Assembly: GCA_904063045.1 (NCBI GenBank)
Contig: CAJFCJ010000004.1
Span: 432,195 to 496,194, forward strand
DNA: 64,000 nt
From: Dimorphilus gyrociliatus
Taxonomy: Eukaryota; Animalia; Annelida
Reading direction: 5' to 3'
Part shown: piece by piece, positions 1-13,200 of the stretch
Position numbering within the stretch: the first letter of the stretch is position 1
How the letters are laid out: every line of letters begins with the position of its first letter
Translations under genes and position numbers: made by a program
The notes under the pieces: generated by a model
The model's input: the letters and a program-made list of their open reading frames with translations, nothing else
Told to the model about the DNA's origin: nothing
Databases searched by the model: none

Positions 1-753
1 CTATCTGTTTCTCCTCCTTTCTCTTCCCACTCTTTCTCAATATTATATATCTTTTAGCGTAATATAAAAGGAACAGAATAAATATTTATAAATTTACGTA
101 AAACCTTTTATTACTTTTAGTTTCTGGATTAGTTCAAGGTCTAAGCCTAGAAAGCGCTTTAAGCTCTGTTTTTTTATGATAATATAAAATTAGTAATTAC
201 ATTTCCATTACATAACTTAATATAGTATAGATACAATTCATCATTCTCTGTTTACAACATATCAGGGTTATGTGGACGCCAAGGTAGACGTTATCTTGTA
301 TATTGTTTTCACTCCTAAAACTATGAATGTTGGCTACTATAACAATAAGTATACTATGGGTAGCATTCCCATCATCATTCACGCAAAACGAATATAAAGA
401 TAGAAAAGATAAACGGAAGCAAAAGAAAATTAATTATAGATTTTTTTTTTAAAAAACAAATGTAGCTTAATAAAATGTTCTTATTAATAAAAATAATTTA
501 TGAAACAAAAGGATAAAGATGAAGAATAGACGACTAAATTGCGCTTCCTATACACGACATATTATATATAAATTATGATATATAGCTTACTAATAATACT
601 AAATAATAAGCTCATCTCCTTCTCTTATTATAATTATAAAGGAAACAATTGTTTTTTTTTTCGTACTCCTTCAATTAAACAATAAATTATCCACAAAATT
701 ATAAAAAATTCTACAGATGGAGTGAATTGTTTATTGTAATATCGCTATTATCG

Positions 754-3518
754 ATGAATAGGTAAAAAATCAATACAGCTCATTTTGTAACTCTTTATAT
801 AATAGTGTGGAAACATTATTTCTATCCCATAATTTATTTGTATCTTTTGCCAGAAACATGCGTAATTTGTTGCTTGTAACAATAATTTTTGGATTAATAT
901 CGACTATCTCTTCATCAGGAATCTTAATTTTACTAGATGATGATAAAATTCTAAACGAAGCAGTTCAAGATGTTTATAACAGTAAATTTCCAGATGAAAA
1001 TTATAATAAAGCTATATACAAGTTAAATGGTTACGACTACTCTGCAATATCGAATGTATGCAGGATTTTGGAGGACGATAATATTAGTTTAATACTTGAC
1101 TTTGCATCTGCAGAAGTATCATCATTTATACAAAATATTGATATGCCAATTGTTTCTTTCGCTAATCCTTATTTTAGAAAAAGAGATAAAGAATCCATTA
1201 TATTTTTGGATAGGGCTAGCTATTCCTTCACTCAAATAATTAGAGAGATTGTTTTGGTAGAAAATTTAACTAATATCGGCATTGTTTACGATGAAACGTT
1301 TGATTTTGATCAAATGCCTAAATTATTATTAAGTAATACAAATTGTAAACATTTTTTTGTTAAATACTCTTCCGACGTTCTTGATATTCTAAAACTGGCT
1401 GAGGTTATGCATATCTTCCTGGCAACAAGCGATAAATCTGCAGAGAATTTATTAAGGAAAGCGAAGAATGATGGTTTTGCAGAAATAAAGTATAATTGGT
1501 ATGTACTGTCTCTGACATTTAAAAAATGTACGAATTGCACGGAGTTTACCCATATTCTAAGAATTATTCCATTTAATCAATTAAATATTGAAAACTTTAA
1601 TAATTTCAACCAATTACTAATATCATTAGTATTAAGTTCATCTTACAAAACAATAAAAGGTAAATTAGTATCATTTTAATTGAAATTTTATCACTAATTG
1701 ATTTATTTCTATTGAAACCGCAAAAGAAATCGATATGAACGCTACTAGATTTGGTACTTGTTCCACACCTCCAAATTACAAAGGCATAACGATCTTAAGA
1801 AGAATAAATAATATATTCGAAAAGCAATTGAATGAAAGTTATCTGGAATTTAAAAGGAACTCTCCGAATAGTTTCGATTATAACGTAATCTTAAATATAT
1901 CAACATCTTTGGGAAGAGTTGCTTCATGGCAAAAAAATAAAGGTTTCACAACTGAACTTTCACTTATCGGTCGTACACCTAAAATAATCTACAGAATAGC
2001 AACATTGGAGTTTCGCCCTTTCATATTTAAGTCTGAAACACTACCTAATTCCGTTAAAAACTATTATTATGATAGAGCAACGAATTATTATTACTATGGC
2101 TATTGTATTGATCTTATAGAAGAGGTAAAAGAACGAGTCAATTTTGATTATGAACTGTACGAACCTGAAGATGGAAAATTTGGAAGTTTACAGGAAAATG
2201 ACAGTTGGAATGGACTTGTAAAAGAAATTCTAGATGGAAGAGCGGATATGATTCTGACAGCCTTTAGTGTGATGTCTGAAAGAGAGGCTGCAATTGATTT
2301 TTCTACACCATATTATGATCCAGTTGGAATGAATGTTTTAATTTTAAATCCTGGCTTTGACTATTCAATAACAAAATTTCTTAATGTCCTTGAAGGTTCG
2401 GTTTGGGGATGTATATTAACAGCATTTGTTATTGTTAGCATCTTTCTTTGTCTCTTCGACCATTATTCGCCGTTTAGCTATCAAGTAGTAACCATTTTTT
2501 AAATTCATTTGAGTCTTACGTTAATTGATTTTATGTTTTCTAAATAGAATAATAAGGATGCTTATAAAGATCAGAAACGTATATTTACAATACAAGAAGG
2601 TTTCTGGTTCTGTTTGACTTCGTTGACTCCGCAAGGCGGTGGTGAAGCTCCTAAAGCTCTTTCGGGACGTTTGATAGCAGCTACTTGGTGGATTTTTGGA
2701 TTTATTGTCATTTCTACATATACAGCAAATTTGGCAGCCTTTTTGACTGTATCTCGTCTTGAATCACCAATTTCATCTATCGACGATTTGGCAGCACAAT
2801 TCAAAGTTAAGTATTCCACACTTGCTTCAGGGGCGTCAAGATCCTATTTTGAACGTATGAGAGATATTGAGTCGAAATTCTATGATATATGGACAGAAAT
2901 GAGTTTAAACTTGGAATTATCAGAGTATGAAAGATCTAGATTGGCAGTTTGGGATTATCCGCTCTCTGACAAGTACACTAATATATGGTCAGCCATGGAA
3001 AAATCCAATTTTCCACACAATTTCAAGGAGGCAGTTCAGCGTATTAAAAATCGACCAGGAGGTGAAGACTATGCCTTCATTGGAGACGCTACAATGATAA
3101 AATACGCCGCTCTAACAGATTGTAAACTTTGGCAGGTAAATCAAAAAGTAAATATGTAAATATGACATCATTCTCAATAATTTGCAATATTCAGGTTGGC
3201 GAAGAATTTAGCAAGAAACCGTACGCTATAGGTGTAGCCAAAGGTTCTAAACTACAAGCAAGATTGTCCGCCGCGCTTCTAGAATTATTACAATTAAGGA
3301 TATTGGAAGAATTAAAATTAGCCTGGTGGAACTTTGGTAAAGTTGAGTGCAGTGGATCGGCAGATGAGAGTAAAGGCATAAGTATAAAAAATATTGGAGG
3401 AGTTTTCTTAGTCATCGGACTTGGTTATATCAGTGGCTGGATAGCATTTGTAGCAGAATATTATTGGTTTAGTCGTAAACGAAGAAAAATGTTAGAAACG
3501 GACGAAAGAAGAACTTGA
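754..3518 (+). CDS. Ir25a: Ionotropic receptor co-receptor IR25a (variant iGluR), 5 exons, about 827 aa (823 aa if started at ATG 858)
   Basis: Exons 754-761, 854-1659, 1727-2484, 2548-3135, 3195-3518. All GT-AG and phase-consistent. Signal peptide (MRNLLLVTIIFGL), ATD, S1 (SEREAAIDFS). IR25a-diagnostic FWFCLTSLTPQGGGEAPKALSGR, TYTANLAAF, co-receptor loop IWTEMSLN...LAVWDYPLSDKY, VGEEFSKKPYAIGV, M4. Confidence 0.93.
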
Positions 3519-4265
3519 AAAACAAAACAAATGCAATACATAAAAAAAACTATTTATGTTATTCCTGCCATTCCCTCTACCTCACCTTTCCCAGTAATAC
3601 ACTTCAATGAGTAGAGGATGTAAATATATCGTTTATAATATGTAACTAAATGTAAACATATGTAAATTACACAACACTCAGAGAATACATATATAAAGTA
3701 TGTTTTAAAAGCATGTAACTTCATAAGGATAACCATGATATGTAACAAAATATAAATTATGTAAGAATAGAGCGTCTTTGAATCATCACCTAGTTTTCCT
3801 GTTCTTAGAAATAATGATATATACAATTCTAGAGAGAAATAAATGGCAGTAGCAGGTGAATAGCCTCCTACTTAAATAGACTTTTCTTTTTGCTTTTTAT
3901 AATGTTTTACGCTTATTAAAAATTTTAAGTATGACTATTTTTATATGAATGAATCATTCTTTATATACAGTATATATATATATTAATATAAAAATAGAGA
4001 TATTTCCATTAATGAAATGTTTTTATTCCATAGTAATATATGCCTTCTATTTTTTTTTTAAAAGAAAGAAAATATAATAAAAGAGATAAAAAAAAGACAA
4101 TATTACTCTAAATGTAATTGAATTCTTATGAAAAAGTAGAAAAAGAAACCTAATTTAGTTTTCTAATAGGTGAATAATTAACTGAACGAACGTCAGTATT
4201 ATTTATTTTAATATAGAAAATCTTGAAAATTAAGACGAAATGGAGACATATTATTTTATAATAAA

Positions 4266-5247
4266 TTACTTATGTTTTGGTCTAGTTGCTATTGCTTTCA
4301 TTAACGCTTCACCACCCCAAACATTCTTAAACGATTCTCTTTGCAGCTGATAATTAAGAGTTTGTTCGTTTAAATTATACAATAAAGTCTTCATTTCCCT
4401 AAACACTTGGACGTTTATTCTATTGTCTAGGTATTGTTTTAGATATTCTTGAAACTCGTCGTCGGTGGTGGCTACGTGATCGATTAGTTTTAACCCTAAC
4501 GCCCTATCGGTTTCCAATATACGCGCCGCCAACAATACTTCCAAGGATCTCTGATAACCTAAGACTTGTATTAAACGATCGGCTGCTCCCCAGCCAGGTG
4601 TCAATCCCATAACTCCTTGAACAAAACCAATTTTTGCTCTGTCCGAAGCTACTCTTAAATCACACGCCAAGGTCAATTCGGCTCCGCCCCCAAGCGCCAA
4701 ACCATTGATATAAGCAATCGATAGTAGCGGAAGTTTCCTCATTCTTCTGACTACGTCATGCATATAGGCACACATTCGTTCTCCACCATCTTCATAGTCA
4801 GCTAGCTTTTTTATCAGATTCTAGAACAGTTCGAATGAAAAATTACTGACTGGTCACTGTGGTGACCTAAATGTTACAAATTTAAAGTAGTAACAGAGCA
4901 ACAGATAGTTAAGTAAAAAAAATATTTTTCTGAAATAGTTATCATTTCGTAAATAACATAGATAGAGATTGATATACCAGGTCTCCTCCAGAACAGAAAT
5001 TCCCTCCTTCGCCCTGTAGAATGCAAATTCGACCCTCTTTCCACTCTTCCAAATCACGAACTATTTCTTTTAATTCAATCATCATACTACCGCTTAAAGC
5101 GTTACGAATTTCAGGATTTGACAAAGTAATTTTTGCGATTCCTGTATTATCGTCTTTCTCGTAGAAAACATTTCCCTTCGTTCCTACTGAAAGGAGTAAT
5201 TGTTCGGTTCTCATGGCCTTTGTACTATATTTTGAAATCGACGCCAT
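4266..5247 (-). CDS. ECHDC1: Ethylmalonyl-CoA decarboxylase (crotonase superfamily), 2 exons, about 274 aa; an in-frame upstream ATG at 5313 is possible
   Basis: Exons 5247-4978 and 4820-4266; intron 4977-4821 is GT-AG, phase 0. Motifs NALSG, FCSGGDL, ALGGGAEL, GLTPGWG. C-terminus NVWGGEALMKAI resembles the ECHDC1 end (VWGGPANLEAI). Confidence 0.88.
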
Positions 5248-7738
5248 TATGGATTTTCCAGTAAAGCATAGATTTTGCAGATGTTTCAATGACATTCCAA
5301 AAGTCGAACACATGTTCCTATACAGTTATTTTTATCAACATGTAGGCCTACTATATTTAGAATTTAAGTTTGTCTCATCCCATTTTATTGGATAGACTAG
5401 GAGTAATGTAACAACGCTGTCTATTGGTTAAATTATCAACAAAATAAAAGTATATTAATATATCTTTGAAGAATTAGCTCGACAATTTAATAAAAACACT
5501 CTTTACAATGAATTGGGCGATGATACAAAATCTTCAACTCTTAAAAAAGACAAAAGCATACAATATTCTAGAACATTCAATTATAAACTTAGATAGGTTT
5601 CTTGCGTAATACGTTTATATCAAAGCTTGAATTTTCAACAGATAGACACTTTTTTTATTTTATCATATTAAAAAGAAAGAATGAAAAAGGTGATATTTTT
5701 AGATATTTATCGCCTGTTGATCAGTAGAAAGATAACATTCCACAATGCATTTATTTGTCCAATGATTGCGTTTGTGAACGAGTTTTTACTTAAAAAAAAA
5801 AGACTGTGTAAACATAATTGATTAATTGGTCTACGCTTACATCTAGAAGAAATTCGAAATCTTTCAAACGAATCAAAGAGAGATAAAGAAAAGAACGAAA
5901 ACTGATAATCGATGAACTTATAAAGGACATAGCTTGATTAAGGGTAGTCTGTGTTAAAAGAGAAAACAGTATATCTAACGAAAAATAAATATAGATGGAT
6001 GACTTATAGGATTAATTAGAAAACTGCCAACGTATACGCTATTGTTTTTATATTTATTTATTTTAAAATGTGCAAAGATAGCATTTCTTTCAGATAGCAT
6101 CTGTTAAATCGACAAAATTAGCTAATATTTCCTTAAAAATCCACAAGAAATATATAGATAAAAGTTTAATAGCATTCTACTTTCACTTATAGTTATTTAT
6201 ATATGTTCATGTAGAAAAGAAGATTCAAACTTTAAAAAACATAATATCTTTTTCAAATGTTGATAATTTTCTTCCTTGATCAAATCCTATAATATGACTC
6301 TTACCTTCCATTCCAGATTTCTATTCTAAAAGATTTATAAAGAAATACTACTAAATAAGAAAATAACAGAATTCTTTATGTATATTATAATTTGGTGCCA
6401 GCAGCTTTTAATTTCTTTATTCAAAATTTGCAAATAATTCTAGGCGGTCATAAATCAGATTAATATTTATGTACTCATTTAGTACACAATATCCCAAAAC
6501 AAAAAGAAAGATTAACCTCTTAAGGAGATTCTTGCTTCTGACAAAGCAGTCTATCTCTCTCCCTCTCTCTAACTATGCATTAATATTTTTACTTATTTAA
6601 TAAAAAGAATAACATACAAAAAAAAAAAACATTAACGCTAATCACAGAAATAAAGGCTAAATATGCAGAAATCGAATAAAGAAATACAATGCGCATAATA
6701 GCCCGCACCAATACGATTTACAAAAAAGCAACAAATTATATCAATTCTTTTCAACCGTAATCTTCTCCAGGAAGTTAATGGTTGAATCTAATTCAGTGCA
6801 CAAAATAAGCCCTACTTGACAAATGCTAGAAAAAATCTGATTTGTTTAAGATTTCTCCCTTATTTCAAGTTTTTTCCATATTTAACGAGAATGATTGAAT
6901 GTTCATATAGAGCTGGAAATCAATGCATGAATGAAATAGTGAACATTTAAGAAGCACGAATAAATTGAATGAAATGTGATGGTTGTCATCAACTCTATAT
7001 GAAAAGAATGTTTAATATGCTTCCTAGCATTTGCCAACAAGTTTGGAACCGTTAGTTTTTTTTGTGAATTTCAAAAATTACCCCTTCTCCTGGAAGGTGG
7101 TGTAAAAGCACGAATATGACAAAAATGAGTAGAACGCCCAAAAAGGGGCCAAAACCTGCATCATAAAACACGATTAAATAATGGCAGCTGTGGGACATAC
7201 AAAACTAGGCATTTCGTTAAAAAGCATACGAAATGCCTGCCCCAGATTAACAAAGTATGCATATAGACAAATTCGAAATGTCCAAATGAATGTAGGTTTA
7301 GGAATTCCTATGAAGAGACCTTCAGCCGCTGATGTTTTTTGTTTCTTTTTAAATCTCTTTCAGCTACTAAAAGCGTTTGAAAGCGACAATTGTAACTACG
7401 ATGATAAAGTAAATACTGAGTTTCCAAATATGTAAACAAGTCTTCAAAATTCATTTTTTTATCTTCTTCCTTGTTAAGAAATTTCGCTCTTACGCTCTTT
7501 GTAATTTTAAATGCTTGATATAACAGAAGGAAACTGAGACGTAACCAGCACACATTCCCTCCCTTTTTTCGAATTACCAGCAAACGGTCATCGTGAATTC
7601 GTCTATTGAAAGGCGACTGTACATTGCACTGATGATAGGAAGTTTTGGTTTTTTCGCAAGACGCGAAAAAATGACGGCAAGACGCCATCGCTATTTGGCT
7701 AGGTAGAATAGTTTGATTTTTTTCTATAAACAATCAAA

Positions 7739-9551
7739 TTAAACAAAACGTTTGGCCGAGACGGCCAAACGTTCCAAGGCTTGCAATTTACATTGCATCG
7801 ACCTCAATTGAGATCTCATTTCATCATTTTCCTCCTTCAAACTGAACACTTCATCTTTTAAATGATCACGCTCCAGTTCCAATTTCTCTCTTTGAGTTAA
7901 CCTCTTTTCGCGACAGCTGGCAGCGTAGCCACGATTTTTTAAAGTTCTTCTTCTTTGTTTCAATTTGAGGACGTCCTCCCGAGGAAGTCCCCTTAACTGT
8001 CTGTTCAAATCTCTGACGGATAGTTGAACTAGTTCGTCGTCCGTAAATTCCACTAGACGCTTTTCTTTTGTTGCCTAAAACAAAAGAAAAATTATAAAAA
8101 AAATTGTTTGCCAGTTTTTATATTGATGTAGAATGAAGGTAAAGAGGGATAAAGGGTCAATAGTCATAACGTAAAGATTTTATGTGGAAGGCAGTTAATA
8201 ATGCATGAATTGGATTGTATAGAGAAAAATCCTTTTTTCCGTTTTAGTATAATCAAACAAGTGAACTAAATAAAATAGGCAATAAAGAGGTAAAATGTAA
8301 GAAAATGTAAGTTAACAATGTTCTAATATTTTAAATAACTTATATCAGTTTTACTAAGTCAGTTTCTAGGATAAATAGGTCAGTCAGTCACGGTCATGAC
8401 TAAATTTCACATGATAAGGAATAGCAAGACAGTATATATATATATATATATACAGTATATCTTTCATACAAAAAATAAAAGAAAAAAAGACTTACCAAAT
8501 TCAGAGGTTCATCAATTGAATCATCGTCATAAGTAGGACGACTCCCGTCGCTCATTCCGCTTGTTTCCTAGAATAAAGTAAAAGAGATTTAATAGGACAT
8601 AGACACATATATTAGGGAATCGCGATTAAAGAAAATGCCTAAACAAACATTCGACAGTATAAGTCTTAAGGATATATTCAAAGAAATTTTGTTCCGATTA
8701 AATAAAAAAAATGAGGTTGAATATCAAAATTGAATTTTTTTAGCGTACATTTTTCTTATCTAAAATGGTCTATATTTATGTAATTTTCTTTAATTTCTGA
8801 ACGGAATGGCTTTCGATTTCAACGTCAAAAGACAACATTTGCAAGTTTACTTATCTAAATAAATAAAAACAAAAAAAAAATTCTCTTTTTTTTTGTTTAA
8901 AATTCAAAGTTTAGTCAGAAGCTATTCATTAATTTGTTTAACATAACTCTTTATGTACTATGAAAGACAAACATAAAAAAATATATATATATAAATATAT
9001 ACAGGAAACAGATGTATCGGGCAAACAAGAATTGACGTTACGAATGTATGAAGAAGAATTTTTGAATAATTTAGTAATATTCTTTTCATCATAAAATTTT
9101 AAACTATTTATTTATAGTTAAATTATATAGAAATAAAGTTTCTCTTCGTAATTAAAAAAACGACTATAGAACATTTAGAACCAAAAAGAACATTTAGAAA
9201 AAAAGAACAAAATTTGTAGAAAATAAAATTGGAACAAAATTTTAAAAAATGAAAATAAAAATTTAAATGAAAAATTAGAAAACTGCCTACTCACTATTAA
9301 TTGTTTACAGACACATAAATTCACACACGGCGAAAGTTGGAGGAAAAAATTTTCCATTTTCTCTGAGAGATCCGCTCTCTTTAATAATTACTGGTTAACT
9401 TCTACGGAAACCTCATTCCTACGTCACGATCAATAGGAAAACGGCGTCTAAACAACACGCCTTTATGACGTCAGCGTTACCGCGACGTTCAAAACTCCAC
9501 CTATTTTTCAAACAGAGAAATACTCACGCTTAGGTAATCGCCGGCAGTCAT
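7739..9551 (-). CDS. MAFK: Small Maf bZIP transcription factor (MafF/G/K co-orthologue), 3 coding exons, about 143 aa
   Basis: Exons 9551-9528 (MTAGDYLS, donor GTGAGT), 8567-8496, 8074-7739, all phase 0. Extended homology region [19 protein letters not shown], basic region [17 protein letters not shown], leucine zipper. No long acidic activation domain. Exon 1 is less certain (alternative start ATG 8555). Confidence 0.9.
9466..9475. promoter_or_regulatory. CRE / C-MARE half-extended site TGACGTCAGC in small Maf intron 1
   Basis: Perfect TGACGTCA palindrome with a GC flank on one side; ACGTCA half-site at 9421. Confidence 0.5.
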
Positions 9552-9624
9552 GATATCTCTTTCGAATGACCTGGTGTAATGATTAACGAATGAGTTAATA
9601 AAATACAGAAGATTGAAATTTATG

Positions 9625-9663
9625 ATGAGTCAGCAAAAAATCTCAAATGTGAGGTCAGCAAAA
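9625..9663. promoter_or_regulatory. ARE/NF-E2 (CNC-sMaf) site ATGAGTCAGCAAAAA plus a second Maf half-site GTCAGCAAAA in the Maf/PLA2G6 divergent promoter
   Basis: 9625-9635 is the reverse complement of TGCTGACTCAT, with an AT-rich flank. 9654-9663 is the reverse complement of TTTTGCTGAC. Confidence 0.6.
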
Positions 9664-10236
9664 CAAGAACAAAATACAAAACACTAGTATAGGCAATCAA
9701 ACTCTATACAAGTTTTATATTAATACAATAAAATTAATTTTACATTATATAAGTGCTAAAAAAAACCAAAAAACTACTAATTTATACATATTTACCGTAA
9801 ATCTTTAAAAAAGGATCAAGAGAAAGTAACCCGCTTCTGTGTTTGCAATCAACTGATGAGAAATGGCGAGGGTCAAGGCCATTGGGAGTAGAAATTTTCC
9901 CATGCGTAAGCATATTTTTAGGAAAGCATTTAAAAATATTTCTACATTTTTTGTGTGTAAAGTTTGATCTGAGAATACAAAAAAGAATATTTTATTTAAT
10001 GTTCACCTCCGTTTTGATAAAATAATCAATATTCGGTACATGAAGCCACAAGTTGCTATTTGTCTTATCAAACTTTCAAACAATTTGTCTTTGGATTAAA
10101 ATAACTTTGATCTAGAAAAAACTTGAATTTTAATCAAAATTTACATCGCTGTTTGTTTCAAGATCAATCAATAACTGTAAATCAAATTATTTCAAGTTAT
10201 TTGGAATTATATGGTATTATCGCCCAAATCAACAAG

Positions 10237-13200
10237 ATGTCAAGATTTCCGAATTTTAAATTTTCGTTTTCTGATTTAACAACAAGCGCAGCAGCTATAC
10301 TCTCTGCAGCGATAAAAGGAGATCCTTTTTCTGTTTACGAAATTAAACCAGATGCCTTAAAAAAGTGCAAAATAATTTACATACATAAAAAATTAAAATT
10401 CTACCATAAACTATTCCATTCTATTTAGCTCAATTATTATATTTACAGATTATCCTTAACCGATTCACTGGATAATTTTCATCTATATAGAGAAAATGGG
10501 ATCAACGTGTGCGTTCTATTACTAAATAAAGTGTATAGGTAATAGTTATTTCTAAAATTATAAAGCGGATTTCATTTACATTATTAAATATAGATTTATA
10601 TTAATCTTAAAACGTAATTCAAGTTGTTCATATTGTAATTATTTTATAAAAATAGCTTTCTAATTTTCTATTTCACCACTATTATTGTTTGGTAACATTT
10701 CCACAGCCTATTTAAATTATCTGACGATGAAGAAGCAGTTCGTTTGTATACACTCTATCACAAAAGAATTCAGGTAAAGATAATATAAAATAGGGTTAAT
10801 AGAACTCATCTTATATTTCTAAAAATAAGATGAAGAAAAAAAAAAACAACGTAAATTTTACACTAATATAAAAAGAAAATGATCTTTTTTCAGCCTATTA
10901 TAAACGTTTGTAAAAGCGTTCATACTAAGGAAATGATACAAAAACTTTGCACTTGCTTAAGGGAAAATCAAGGATGGAAGTCTAGTCATCTCGCTGCTCA
11001 GTTTTCTTTAAAAGAATTCTTTACTCAACATAATAATTTATAGTAAGAATATTCTCATATTACTTTACATTTATATACTATTTTATAGAATAGCTTTTCA
11101 TTAACAATGAAATAATTCTTTGAAAATAACTACTTTTCTAATAATCTCTATGATAATCAGTCTTTGAATTATTGGTTATCGTAAAACAAAATAAACAATT
11201 AAATATCTTTTCTATTACTTAATTTTTTATACTAATTTTTATTCCTCTAATTAGTGATGTTAACGAACCCTGTGAATTTACACGAATGACACCAATCATG
11301 ATTGCCGTTGTTGCTCGAAATATGGATCTAATAAAAGAATTGTTAAAATGTAACGCATCTTTAAAATTGGCTGATGTTCATGGTGACAATATCTTCCACC
11401 ATTGTGCCAAATCAGACGATATTAATATTTTAAAGGTTTTAAAAATCTTTAAATGATTCTATTACGAGAAATTAGGCTTAAATAAGAAAGCTTCTAGTTG
11501 TATACATTACTTATTTAGTCTAAAAATAGCTTAATATTAGAGTTAACTGACATCAATACGCATAAATATTTTAACGTTTATAGACCTTATAAGTAAATGT
11601 ATACGTTTATTATAATTAAGTAATATTTTTTCAAGGTCTTAGCATCAAAAGACAACGAAGCGATAAATCAATTAAATATTACTGGCGAAAGTCCTTTACA
11701 TACTGCTTGTGAAAATGGGCTAGATAAAATGATTAGCCCTTTATTACAATTTGGAGCAAGGTTAGATGAGACTAAATCTGTGAGATACCCGATACATTGT
11801 GCCGTTATTTCGGATTCCGTAAAGTAGTTACATGCTTAATTTGTAAATATAAAGCAATTTACTATTCTCTTTCATTTTAGGTCTGTAGAAGAGATATTAA
11901 ATTGGGAAAGTAAACAGGTTCATACTCGGCATAGCGATGGTTCGACACCCTTGCATCTTTGCCGATCATTAGAGGTATAAGGTTTCTTATATCTTTTTTA
12001 TATAACAGTATCTTATAATGTTTACTTATTTTATAAGATGCTGACACTGTTATGCGGAAAAGATGCTGATGTAAATGCATCTAATATGGACAGCGAAACA
12101 CCCTTAATAATATTCATAAAGGAAAAAAAGGTAAAAGTCACAATTTTCCATTTCAGCAAAATCATAATAACAGGTGTTTTTTTTAAGGTTGACTGTGTCA
12201 TGAGTTTATTATCAAGATCCGCCAATCCTTCGTTAGCTGATAAGGATGGTAATAATCCCTTGCACTGGGCAATTAAAGTATGTAAAATTTCTTTTTCCCT
12301 AGCAAAAAAACTCACCTTCGTTTCCATTTTATATTTTCTTCTGTATTGTTAGACTTTAGATGAGGAAATATCGAATATTCAAACGGTCTATTGAAATTTT
12401 CTGATTATATTTTGAACTCTTTCATTTGAGTGTTGCCTAGCTGATTGAAAGATTTCGATTTTATGCCTTTAAGAGCACAACAATTTTCAGTCTAATAAAA
12501 ATAGATATAACTCATAAACATCCACATCATTTCATGCATTTGCTATTCTACAAGTAGTAATATTTCCTACATGTGTATAATAAAGGATCAAAAATATCTT
12601 ATTAAGTAACTTTTGCGTACACCTGTGTCTCAATTCATCAGTAAGACTAATAACATCTTATTTATTCAGCGGTTTCCTCTTTCATTCATTGACGTAATCA
12701 GATAAAAGTTCAACTACAAAATATTTTATAAAGCAATTGAAAAGTAATAATTGAGTATAAGTAGACCAGAAAGCTAGAAACAGAGAAAAAGAGTTCTAAT
12801 TAATACTAGAGATATTTACATTTCTTTTATGAGTTGCTATCTTTCTATCTACTTTTACAAGATTTTGTCACCATACTGTTTTTTTTTTTTGGCTTGGAAC
12901 AGCCTTAGTATCAATCTTTATGATTTTTATACTTTGAGTTTATTATATCTGATTATAGCGATTTAAAAAATTTTTTTTTTCAGAAGGTTCAAAAATAGAA
13001 AAGAAAAATTGATAAAAATTTCATATGTGTGCTTTTTCTCTTCGTATTTTTTGCACGGGAATCTTTAGAGTTTACTTGCGTATGATTTATAAATTTATCG
13101 CTTGTGTTTCTTATTTTTCACGGTGCTAAAAGTATATTATTAATACTGATCAAAGAAGCATCTTATTTTTGTGTAGCTTGTCTTTGGCTTTTGCTCTTTT

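Noticed and set aside
197-382. 61-aa minus-strand ORF at the window start
   Set aside because: Short, no motif, no splice support.
807-857. GTG/TTG starts in the ORF track (807, 8053, 22142, 23430, 36418, 42221, 54107 and others)
   Set aside because: Artefacts of bacterial-style ORF calling; these positions fall in introns or inside exons.
1310-3415. Antisense ORFs inside Ir25a (also those inside SLC12A, UNC93A, PLA2G6 and the GPCR)
   Set aside because: Shadows of the coding strand with no independent features.
7308-7733. 141-aa minus-strand ORF right after the small Maf stop
   Set aside because: TTG start, out of frame with Maf, no domain, no convincing splice link; most likely 3' UTR. 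The overlapping plus-strand ORF 7181-7435 is rejected on similar grounds.
12359-12444. Possible C/D-box snoRNA (TGAGGA...CTGA...CTGA) in PLA2G6 intron 9
   Set aside because: Imperfect C box, no terminal stem, no guide I can match to rRNA or snRNA; better explained as an alternative terminal exon.
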